Below, in pieces: positions 24,146 to 35,292 of a DNA stretch of 35,292 bases. Under the pieces are notes generated by a model. The model worked only from the letters and a program-made list of their open reading frames with translations, had not been told where the DNA came from and did not search any database. The DNA comes from Octopus bimaculoides (Eukaryota), in the NCBI RefSeq assembly GCF_001194135.2, contig NC_068985.1:6847867-6883158 (forward strand), given 5' to 3'. The translations under genes were made by a program, and so were the position numbers. The stretch's first letter is position 1, and the number at the start of each line of letters is the position of its first letter.

Positions 24146-24464
24146 TAGAAAGAAGAAGGAAAACTAAACAACTAAGACAATTTAAAGTGGGAAATGCGAA
24201 GGTTATGGTCAATGATGAGAGTAGACGTGATACCAATAGTAATTGTTACTCTTGCAAGTATCAGCACTCGACTCTCAACATGGCTGAAAAAGATCGGTGC
24301 AACTGTGGAGGTAGAACCACTACAAATATCAGCATTGCTTGGAGCTGCAAGAATTCTTCGCAGGATTCTTGAAGCATGACCACTAAACAAATGTCACCTT
24401 GATCTGCTGGCTGCGGAGAGCTGGCACTTTCCATCATACCCAGCAATATAAGCTGTGAGTTTTC

Positions 24465-24466
<2 letters not shown>
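24146..24466 (+). mobile_element. R4/Dong-like non-LTR retrotransposon 3' end (restriction-like endonuclease C-terminus plus 3' UTR)
   Basis: EEGKLNN*DNLKWEMRRLWSMMRVDVIPIVIVTLASISTRLSTWLKKIGATVEVEPLQISALLGAARILRRILEA* matches the KY..L..E...LW....V.V.P.V.GALG...LQK..LLGTARILR pattern. (TAA)n follows directly. Confidence 0.8.
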
Positions 24467-24525
<59 letters not shown>

Positions 24526-24538
24526 TATTATTATTATT
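24467..24538. repeat. (TAA)n flipping to (TTA)n
   Basis: Direct reading. Confidence 0.95.
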
Positions 24539-25094
24539 GAGTGAGAGAGCAGTGCATGCATATCAAAGTGACACTGGGGTAAAATATACGAAGCCCATTA
24601 TACCCATCATGACTACCCGTTTGATAAGGGTACACTAGGCACATGCATTACAACCACATGTGCGCGACCTGGTGATCTTATATCAAGATAAACAGCGCAT
24701 GACCTCGCAGGTGGGGGACAGTTAGAATTTTTTTCAGGTCGAGTAGCCCATCCTGCTCAAAAGGTCCCTGAATAAGGTTTATTTAAGGATGTTGAGCAAA
24801 ACACCCATGTTTCCAAAGGTGAATTATTCAAACCCCAAAGAATTCCTCTCAACACATGGCTATGATGCTCCCCCACTACTTCTACTAATGATCAGAGATG
24901 CACGTATTGTCAGCCACCAAAGGACATGCTCAACTGGTTAAAGTCAAACAACTGACAAGCAAATCTGTGGTATTGAGCAGAATATTTGCTGTAGCCCATC
25001 TTTTATACCAAGATAAAACAATGTACATGATAACACTTCCAATCAATTAAGATCAGAAGCCATGACAGCCACTGCTTGGTACTGCATCCGGGCA
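24539..25094 (+). mobile_element. Unclassified interspersed repeat of about 550 bp, copy 1, flanked by (ATT)n
   Basis: Reverse-complement homologue at 25161-25693. No coding capacity or TIR recognised. Confidence 0.75.
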
Positions 25095-25150
<56 letters not shown>

Positions 25151-25160
25151 CATTACTATC

Positions 25161-25693
25161 GATGCAGTACCAGGCACTGGCTTTCGTGGCTTTTGATCTG
25201 AACTGAGTAGAATTCCTGTCATGTATATATTTTTTTATATTGATATAAAAGATGAGCTACAGCTAATATTCTGCTCAATACCACAGATTAGTTTGGGAGT
25301 TGTTGACCTAAACCAGTTAAGCATGTCCCTTAGAGGCTGATGATATGCACATCTCTGATCATGCGCAGAAATATTAAGAGTACATCATAGCCATGTGTTG
25401 AGAGGAATTCTTTGGGGTTTGATTAATTCACATCTGGAAACATGGGTGTTTCTCTCATCATCCTTAACCAACTCTTATTCAGGCAACATTTGAGCGGGAC
25501 GGGTTACTCGGCCTGAAGACATTTCTAAATGGACCCTACCAGCAAGGCCATGTGCTGTTTATCTTGATATGAGATCACCATGTCACGCACATATCGTTGT
25601 GATTCATATGCCTGGCGTACATTTATCAGCCGCGTGGACTTCGTATATTTTACCCCCAGTGTTACTTTGCCCGCATGCACTGCTCTCTCACTC
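25161..25693 (-). mobile_element. Same family of about 550 bp, copy 2, inverted
   Basis: Colinear in reverse with copy 1 along its whole length, for example GAGTGAGAGAGCAGTGCATGC and AAGAATTCCTCTCAACACATGGCTATGATG. Confidence 0.75.
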
Positions 25694-26457
25694 AATAATA
25701 GTAATGATATTTAATCCATTACTTGACGAATAAAACAATTAATTGTCTTCAGACATTTTCAATACGAAAGTCTCTACTTTCAATGCTTGGCTGCATTTGT
25801 TGTAACATGATGAATAAAGTAAATACGGTTCCAAAATATTGCAGAACCTTTGTGTCAACACTATATTTCCTCTTATTTTCGAATCTTTTGCGTAATGGTT
25901 TTCCTCTCTCACTGACTCTTACTCTTTCCCTCTCTGTCCTTCCTTTTCATTCTTTCCTTCTGTCTCACTTATTTTCTTGATCTCAGTCGTTAATTTGAGG
26001 ACTTACTAAGATAAAAATTGTTAGAATTGCAAGGAACCAAACAATGAATTGGTAAACTTTTGATTAGCCCCATGTTTTTGATTCTGCGATCTACAAGTGA
26101 ATAAATGAATATGGTATTTTGATTAATAGAACAAAGACATTTTGTAGATAAAACAACTTTTGTTATTGGAGCGACATTTTATCATTCAATGTATGTCCGT
26201 CGTTCATTAATTCCACACCAATGTTCAGGTTTATAATGACAGGGAAGCAACAGTAATTACATTATTAAACTTATGACATCTTGGGTCTTAGGTTGAATTT
26301 AATCAAATTCGCCGGTGAAATTTATCGCCAGACGAGAAGACGAGAAATCTCTGTCCATATATATGTGTGTGCGTGCGTGCGCGCGCGCGCGTGTGTAGTG
26401 AATGTGTGTGTATTTATATTACATTATATACATATATAAATAACAAATAAGAAATCG

Positions 26458-26511
<54 letters not shown>

Positions 26512-26707
26512 CGTTACGCTTCGTGCAAATTTATAATTCAAAGCTATATAATGGTATTGCGCCTGTGATCCACCTGTGTCACTGCTGTTGATATCATCAA
26601 TTTTAAAATTCATCCACCGATGATATGAACGGTAGTGACATCTGATTTCAAATCTCAGTGTTTGAATGTTTTGCTTATATATATATATAGAGAGAGATTG
26701 ATAGATT

Positions 26708-26746
<39 letters not shown>

Positions 26747-26826
26747 GCATATTTATATAAATACATATCTATGTACGTACATGAACACAAAATATATACA
26801 GACAGACAATGACACACGCATATACA

Positions 26827-26893
26827 TGATAATGATGATGATGAGGAGGAGGACGACGACGACTACGACGATGATAATGATGATGATGACGAG
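26827..26893. repeat. Compound (GAT)/(GAG)/(GAC) trinucleotide repeat
   Basis: Direct reading. Confidence 0.9.
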
Positions 26894-29683
26894 GACACTA
26901 CTATAGAGGCGACTGTTAGTCTCTCTTCCTTGTAGAACCGTATGTCAGCACTGACTGTTTCGGCGAATACTTTGTTTCTGTTCGTTAGACGAGTAGCATC
27001 TGTGCCGACTGCAGACGACTACACAAGACTCTTCATCTCGTTTGCAGCCATTATAATACACACGACGATGCTCGCGACTGGGGTTAATTTGTCTTGTTAC
27101 GTATTGTCTTTTCCTTTTCCTTTTTTCGTTAATTTTTCTTTTCAATTTCTTTTATTTTATTTCTTTTTTTTTTTGGTAACCGAATGATTTCTCATCCTCG
27201 CCTGTCTAAACCTTCCGTTTATTATTTATTGCGCGGCCTATTTGCAACCTCCAATAAGAATGACTGTTTCATACAACCTACCAAATCTGTTTATGAAGCT
27301 TAAATCTCTAATGAGTCTGTCAAAGAATGAGAGTCATACCGTACATTTTCAGTCTTAAAAACGTACTAGGTTATTGAATAATTGTTTACGTATAAGAATT
27401 ATAATAGCATGTCTTTACACGGACAAAATAACACATACACTCATAATTCCGTACGTACATACGCATAAACATAGGGCTATCCATATACACGACCTCTTGT
27501 AGATTGCTGAAATAATTGTGATAAAGAATTAAAATGAATAATAAAGACAAAAGGCTTCATACAGTGGAGCCTATCAGCAGTTGTAAACAATAAAAGAATT
27601 GCCCCTTTATTTTGATAATGTATATGTTTGTTATGTTTCAGAGAGTAAAAGTAGAAAACTTGCCGTGGCAGCAGGAGTTCCAGCAATCCATTAACTGCTG
27701 AGTTAATTTAAAAGCTAGTAACAACCGTGAGTGTTCGTCGTTGATAGTATCAGTCAGCGTCAATACCAGTAGGCAGAGGTCCCCAAACGCTACTGGCAGT
27801 GGTCGCAGGGATCATAGATTAGACCGCAGCATGTCGCTAGCCTTTGGTTGGGACCAGTGATGATGGATGTGATAACATACGTTAATTCATGCAGCGGTGA
27901 TGTTTGGTTTAGCAGCTGTGAGATCAGGGTATGAATCGGTAGCAATGGTAGTGGCAGAGGCATTAACAGTTACGGTTCATTCATGTTGTTACTAATATTA
28001 TTAGTAGCAGCAATGAATTCGATGAAAACGTGCAGCTGATAGTAAAGCCATTGGCTTAACTCTGATCAAATAATGAACATCGAGTTAAGTCTCTGGATAA
28101 TCAACATTTCTTTGATTCCGAAATTTCCAATATATTCCTCTGTAGCCGATGAAGCTTCACTAGTTTTACCGCATTTCAGGGTGTGTTTGTGAGGGGGGGG
28201 GGAAGCGTGTGTCTTCATGTTTCACTTCAGCTGAAAATGGAGCGACAGGATGTCGTGTTTGACCTATTTGGAACACTATAGCTTGTAGACTACAAAGATA
28301 CACAAACACTTTCCCGTGTTGGATGCTGTTGGCCTGTGTTCAAGGGTGTCGTTGAAAGTGGAAACTCCTGTGTGACTGGCGTCTTCGCGGGAGCATTATT
28401 GCGTTGACTAGTTGAATATCGAGGTATTTCCTGCGCACGGCCTTACGGATAACAGGGTTAGTTCTCTCATTCTTTATCACAATATTTCAAGCAGAGTAAA
28501 CTGCTCTTCTTTCATTACACCTGAAACACTACAAAAGTGTTTGCAACAGTATAAAAAATGTGTTTTTAAATATATCACAGAAACGTACAAACGATTCTTA
28601 CTAATTAAATCCTGTCCCTTAAACCGTGACTGGAGGACAATATATTTCCCAACATGATCCATAACATTCACATTACTGAATGCTTCTACATGTCAGGTTT
28701 TCGAAATTCCTTCACTTTTGCAGCGCTGCTGCAATACTTAGCGACGCAACTTGTGCATAATCATTGGTGGGATCGGCCAATGAAACCACAGACGTGCTGA
28801 ACAAGAAAAGAAACGTATAAAGTGGAAATATGGGAGGTCAGGTAAAGCACCACAACAAATTGAACACGCAAGAAAAATGCATGCAATGAAGAATCCACCG
28901 GTACAATACAAAGTAAAGTCATTTTGACAAGGAGTCGGGATGAGCTCTGCTCTCCCATCGGGATTCAAGGAAAGAAGAGTGTCAGAACGATCAATATCTG
29001 TTCGAATTTCTATTGCAATAGGAAAATTACATAACAGTCTGCCATAATTAATTCAAAGCAGAAAATCCATCTCTAAGTATCTGGCAAACTTCTTTAGAAT
29101 TGCAGAAACACCGTACAGAAAACGTGTGAGAGGTTATAATAAATACTTGCGTCTCATTTGTGATGTGTTTGCGTGTCATTCTTCTTTGTATGTTTGGATT
29201 CTTCATGTTTATTATTTTTTTGTCTCGCATTAATATAACATTAATAATATGTATTGTTGCTTCACTTGTCCAAAGCATGTTATATAGAACCGATGAATTC
29301 TGCTTATAAAGGAAATCATGTTTTCATGTTTGTTGATCTGCAAAAGAATTGTATATTTACAAAGTTTCAATTGTTATATGAATAATAACATATTCCTACA
29401 GATATATATATATATATATATATATTCTTAAGTGCTCTCTATTATTGCGCGATCAGTTGATGAAGTAACAATGTTGATAGCCCAAAGTTACGATGATGAG
29501 ATTGGGTGTGTGAGGACAACACAAAGGACATAGCGTTTGTGTGCACAAATAATCGTTGTCAAAAGTGGTTGAATATTCCCAATCTAATAGCTACATATAT
29601 ACATATATGTATATATAGAGAGAGAAAAAAAGAGAGAGAGAGACCGATAGACAGACAGTTTGATAGATAGACTGACAGACAGA

Positions 29684-29686
<3 letters not shown>

Positions 29687-29757
<71 letters not shown>
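29687..29757. repeat. (TA)n microsatellite
   Basis: Direct reading. Confidence 0.97.
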
Positions 29758-29766
<9 letters not shown>

Positions 29767-30713
29767 ATACACATACATATATGTATACTTATGGGTATTC
29801 ATGTATATATTATATATGTAGGAATATATGTGTGTATGCATATATGTTATATTATACATGAAAAATGAACATGATATCGACGTGTAAAATATACATCGGA
29901 TATATTCACATGGGTGTAAACACATGGATTGTTGCAACAGACTATACAAAGAGCATTAAAAAAACTGATAAAACATATAATATCCGGCTGTCTATTTTTG
30001 TAGAGTGTATTCGGAGACATAACCGGTTAAGTAGAAATATTCTTTGAAAAATGTGCTGCCAGATCCGTATGAAACATGGTAATAATTGTTATAAGCACGC
30101 TCGCAAACTGTAAGAAGCAATGATATGAAAGTAATATTTGTGCCATATCTGCTCAGACAGGCGATGGGGTGTGAATGGAAGCGAAAATCTTAGAGAAAAT
30201 AGAAAAGGTTGAAATGAAATGGTTTCTATGCATCTTGGCATATTTCGATCTTTTCCAAGAAAAACTTTGCATGGAAGAAATTTTATACAAGTAGAAAAAC
30301 GGAAAGTAAATATATAATATTGTTAATGATAAATTTAAAAAATGTAAAATTAAATTTATTAAAAGAAAACGCAATAAATTTCTTCGAAATTTCACAATTG
30401 CACAACGTCTTTAATGAAGAGCATAAATGGGTAGGGATAAGACTCTACAGAACATTTTACATTCAAACAAGCAAAACACAAGCTTCGTATTCACATATAA
30501 ATGCTATACAACCTGCCCCAACAAAAACAAAATCTGCAAAATGATTATAATATATGCAACCATATTTTATTAGGTGGAAATATAATATATACGATGTAGA
30601 TATATTCTAGACCCTACACTTATTTCGTATAATAAAAATAATACAAATATTCACTTCTAATTTGTGTACGATACTGAGAATTTAAAGTAATGTATTTAGT
30701 CGATTAAATTGAC

Positions 30714-30777
30714 CCTATATGGATTTTGCTCGTACTTTATACTATCCTATATGGATTTTGCTCGTATTTTATACTAT
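30714..30777. repeat. 32-bp tandem duplication
   Basis: CCTATATGGATTTTGCTCGTA(C/T)TTTATACTAT x2. Confidence 0.9.
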
Positions 30778-32136
30778 CCGTCAGAAAAAAATGATCGAAA
30801 TGAAAATTATTAAAATTTGTAAAAATACCCACAAGGGATTTTGATCAACGGTCTAATGAATGTGTAAGGTCATCATCCAGATGATGACACGAATAGTAAT
30901 AATGAAGATCACTGTCGAATAACAATAAATAATATAAGAACAAAATAGTTAAATAAACAGCTAATATTAAGTGCAGTCGGTGTAACCACAGAATTAAGTA
31001 CATCGTCTCTGAATGCAAACTATAAACAGACTGTATTCGCTCATATTTACGTCGGCAGGTATGTGCGATGCGCAAGCTTAATATATCGATACTGCAACGA
31101 CAATGTCATGTAAGATTGGAAATGTTCAGAGAATTCTGGTTGATAAATAATAGCGTTAGAAATTAACTGAGCCTACGTTTCCAGAGACCTGAGCCAATCC
31201 AGAACTCCCTGGCTTTTTCTGAGAGTAAGAGTGTCAGCCCTGAACAGGTATCAGTAACATGTAGGGTTACATTCTGAGTACCAGTGGTACTCTTTTTAGG
31301 CTAAGTGTACAGTAACACTGATTTAGCCAACGACCCTGGCCAACAATAGAATCCAAGATATAATGACCACGCATCCGACTTTACGAGACTTTAATTTAAA
31401 AAGTAACTGAAGGGAAAGACATCTGGCACCAATTTCACTTCGGCTCAGGTTTTAAGTGGTAATTAATTCTGTTAGGAAATTATATAATCTCAGATTTAAT
31501 TAATTTTATTCCAATGTCAGCAATGACACTTCTTTCATTATTTCAATAACTATTTTAGATGGGGATTGTCAATGTAATTAATTTATACCAAGCATAATTG
31601 CAGCAACCTTAAAGTCACACTTTTTCACAGGAGCTCTTTATGTCTATACTTAAACAATCGTTTTTCTTTTTCTATGTTATATTAGAGTCACATTTTTTTT
31701 TTCCATATCAAATTCATTTTAACGGTAAACAATTTAGTACTGCCCCCTGGCACTTTTCCACCAGCATTGTGTGCATTTTATGATATAGTCATAATTAATA
31801 AAAAACAAAAATGAGATATTACATCTCCTAATGTAGCTCCTACTTTACTATTAAGATTTCATGCAGCAGGCATCAATGGAGGTTTATTCCTCACTTATTC
31901 CGGAAAATATGCTTCAGCGAATATAAGGCAACGGAAGGGTACCTTGTCAAAATTGTTACAATTAAATTACCGTTTTCATAGAACATCGACTTTCAGAAGA
32001 TTTTCAAGTAAAATATCTTTTGGTTTGTGGACAACGTATTCTAAACAGTCCTTCCAGTTAATTTACTTCGCACTTTCATCGGGTTGGACAACGATTCTTT
32101 GATCAGAATATGTTTTCCTATTTATTTCCTTTATCA

Positions 32137-32574
32137 GGCGCAGGTGCGGTTGTGCGTTAAGAAGGATGCTTCCCAGCCACATGGTTCTGGGTTCAGTCCC
32201 GCTGCGTGGCACTATACATAGCTGTCTTCGACTATCGCCTTAGACTCGACTAATGTCTCGAGAAGAGATTCGGTAGGGAGAAACTGAAAGAAAACTGTCG
32301 TGTATATATATATATATGTGTGTGTGTATGTGTGTGCGTGTGTGTGTGTGTGTGTGTGTGCATGTGTGTCTGCGTTTGTTTCCCACCACTGCCTGACAAC
32401 CAGTTTGGGTGGGTTTACGAACGCGTAACTTAGCGCTTCGGCAAAAACGGACAGATAGAATAAGTACCAGCCTTTATAATATTAAGTGCTGGGGTCGATT
32501 AGTTCGACTAAAATTTTTCAAGGCGTTGCCTTAATACGGCCGCAGTCTAATGAGTGAAAAAGTAAAGGATAAAA
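32137..32574 (+). mobile_element. tRNA-derived SINE, family A
   Basis: GGCGCAGG..CGG.TGTGCGTTAAG head, GGGTTCAGTCCC B-box-like motif, internal (TA)/(GT)n, same tail as 5363-5764. Confidence 0.85.
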
Positions 32575-33584
32575 TTAGATTCCAGTAATACAGGGGGAAA
32601 GGATCGAACTCTTGCACAATCATCCTCTATTCATACGCATCGTGTCACCTGAATATGACGCTAAGCTTATTAACGCATATCATTTTATCTTAGTTTGAAA
32701 GTAATGTTATTGTTCCTGGAGAAATTAAATTCTTGTTTCCTTAGCTCCCCGTATTTCCACACGTATGTAGATAATTCAGTGTAGATTTTTATAATTGATA
32801 TTTAAATTTGATATGTTTTACTAATTCATATGTTTATCATCTGAGATGATCATGTTTTGTGCTTCTCATCAGTTGAAAAGATCACTTAGATTTGAAACTG
32901 TTATACCATCAGAGAAAATGTGACAGACAGTATTTACACCTTAATTAATTTTACCGTACATTTTTTTTTCTCGCCAACGTTTCGCATTTCAACAGGCAGC
33001 TTAATATGATTAAAGTGGAGTACATGATTGATATTTGACAGAATTATTTTATCCGTGATATATCAGTAAGCATTTAATAGATTTGATTGTTACAGAGGAG
33101 AAATAATTAAAGTTGTAAAGAATTCCTAAAACAATTAAAGTGTCTTGACATAATTAGCAAACACGTGTTAGCGTCCTATCTATTAGTACCAAGTTGTTTT
33201 TATCCTCCGTGACAATTCATGACATAATATTCATGAAATAAATAGCTCAAAAACTTTAGGAAGATTTACACTGCAGAAATATCATAAATCAACTTGTTAA
33301 CAGGTAATTGTAAAACTAAAACTTAAAACAACACCAAATCTGTTCTGAATATACACTTTCAAGAATGTTTTCGTTACTTGCAATTTCTTAAATTTTATAG
33401 ATTTCATCAACTGGTGTCATCTTTCTTGTTATCTGCAAGCATATTTAAATACATACAAATATTTTTACTTGTAGATAAGGAGAATAAAGCAGAACACACC
33501 TGAAGCTTTTAGGAAGACAATAGCAAATTATATTTCAAGACGTTAAGAGACATATTTAAGAATTGTATATAAAAATGTGGCTCT

Positions 33585-33952
33585 CTATCGGTTACATCGA
33601 CAAGGGTTTGATCTAGTTGATGCGATCAACGGAATAGCATGCACGTGAAATTAACATGCAAGTGGTTGAGCAATCCACAGACACGTGTACCCTTAACGTA
33701 GTTCACGGAGAGATTCAGCGTATCACAGAGTGTGACAAGGCAGACCCTTCGAAATACAGGTACATTAGAAACAGAGGGAGGGATACTTGTGGTGAAAGAG
33801 TACAGTAGAGTTCGCCACAATCCCTGTCGGAACCTCGTGTAGCTTGAGGTGTTTTCGCTCAATAAACACTCACGACGCCCAGTCTTGGAATCGAAAATGC
33901 GATCCTACGACCGCGAGTCTGCTGCCCTAATCACTGGGTCATTGCACCTCCA
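33585..33952 (-). mobile_element. tRNA-derived SINE, family C
   Basis: Reverse-complement homologue of 21761-22099 with a longer head and body. Confidence 0.85.
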
Positions 33953-34280
33953 CGTATAAATATAAATAAAAAAAATACATGGTGATTTTCTATATTTTTG
34001 ATTCGTGTTCCAATGAAGAAGTAGGATATGATCTTTGCTACATGTAATATATTTCTCTCTGCGATAAAGCATGACTTCCAGAAAATAAATTCGAAATTTG
34101 TAGTGAGTACTTTTCCTATTCGCAGATTTATGCACGCCCTAACAAATATACCGCGCATATGTATGTAAATGTATATGGACAAATATACAAAGATGCTTAG
34201 ATATACGTGTACATACATACATACATAAATACATACATACGTATAAATATAAATGTGCATGCCTGTGTCTGCGTATTTTT

Positions 34281-34465
34281 TTCTACTCTAGGCACAAGGC
34301 CCGAAATTTTTGGGGAGGGGCCAGTCCATTAGATCGACCCCAGTGCGCAACTGGCACTTAATTTATCGATCCCGAAAGGATGAAAGGCAAAGGCGACCTC
34401 GGCGGAATTTGAGCCCGCTAAGCATTTCGCCCGGCGTGCTAACGTTTCTGCCAGCTCGCTGCTTT
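34281..34465 (-). mobile_element. SINE family B
   Basis: Reverse complement reads GCGAGCTGGCAGAAACGTTAGCACGCCGGGCGAAATGCTTAGCGG...CAAATTCCGCCGAGGTCGCCTTTGCCTTTCATCCTTTCGGGATCGATA...GGCCTTGTGCCTAGAGTAGAA. Confidence 0.88.
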
Positions 34466-35292
34466 ATTTGTGTCTCCGTATTGAAAGAGAAAAGAGCATA
34501 CATATTTTTCATTTTTCATATGATTCTTATATTATTATTAGAGTAGTTGTGGATGGTTCGAGTCCACTTTTAATTTTAAGATCTTCAGCACGACACAACT
34601 CGATGTTTTAAAGTTTGTCCATCTAAAATCGCTTAAGAGTTGAAATTGAAGATGATAAATTTTTTTCCTTAATAGCTGAGAAAAGATGGAATAAGTGACA
34701 GAAAGAGAGAGAGAAATCCCTTATGTGGTTCTTGAAAATATCCTGCATTATTTATTTCTTATTAATATTTTGTAACGCCAGTATAACTTTGCCTAGCGTT
34801 ATCATCTGTGTAGTCACATTTACTGTTCTCGCTACAGGTAACACGTTGACCAGCATGTGTTCTCGGGTGCAAATTATGAAATTTCTGGTTGTGTTCTTTT
34901 TCCGTTATCCATTGAGATGATTCTGGACCAGTATCCAGCCTGTTTCAACTCGCCGTGGCGTCTTGCCATTAGTTTCAATGGACAGAAACTGAAGTCCAGC
35001 CAATGTCTCAACTACACATGTTCTGTTCGCAGAAGGGGTTATATAATGGTAGTGAGAGAAGGAGGAAGAAGCGATAAGACTGTGTGACGGCGTAAAGAGA
35101 GAGAATCGCGTCTAAGCATTATTTTGTGTTGAGAAATTTTTATGGGAGAGTGAACAATCGAAAGAGGGAAGAGCATATATAGCTAGTGTGTGTGTGTGTG
35201 TGTAAATAGATAGATAGTTCTATCTCTCTATATATATTTAGATACATAGATACATATATATACATAGATACATACATACATATATATATATA

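Noticed and set aside
26827-26900. Poly-Asp/Glu coding potential
   Set aside because: No surrounding ORF or splice context; it is a plain compound microsatellite.
26945-27000. Minus-strand CTAACGA...GCCGAAACAGTC hammerhead-like words
   Set aside because: Helix II and helix I cannot be paired.
27774-27859. CAGAGGTCCCCAAAC...GGTTGGGACCAGTG resembling hAT MITE TIRs
   Set aside because: The match is imperfect and there is no 8-bp TSD.
28680-28970. GC-richer segment with splice-like sites on both strands and a hydrophobic minus-strand ORF
   Set aside because: The plus-strand candidate exon has stops in all frames, and the minus-strand peptides are not recognised.
30961-31058. Open segment before a strong CAG|GTATGT donor
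   Set aside because: The acceptor is A-rich and poor, and the peptide is not recognised.
31185-31247. 63-nt AG/GT-bounded open segment (RPEPIQNSLAFSESKSVSPEQ)
   Set aside because: No recognisable homology, and such segments are expected by chance. It needs RNA-seq.

Overview
AT-rich, gap-containing animal genomic DNA (seven N-runs). The SINE families and microsatellite load look like an octopod (Octopus-type) draft assembly; this is my inference from recognising the repeats, not a search result. I can support no intact host gene, tRNA, rRNA or CRISPR array. Most ORF-track entries are microsatellite, N-gap or antisense transposon artefacts. The window is intergenic or deep-intronic and is filled with mobile-element remains: a Penelope-like element (GIY-YIG end), a split RTE LINE, an R4/Dong-like 3' end at (TAA)n, four Tc1/mariner deletion derivatives, Helitron-like elements and three tRNA-SINE families. 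Two things stand out. First, there are two hammerhead-ribozyme-like motifs, one of them inside a short non-coding element that also carries a Pol III B-box. Second, five unrelated long inverted-repeat (foldback) structures lie between 10.6 and 25.7 kb.
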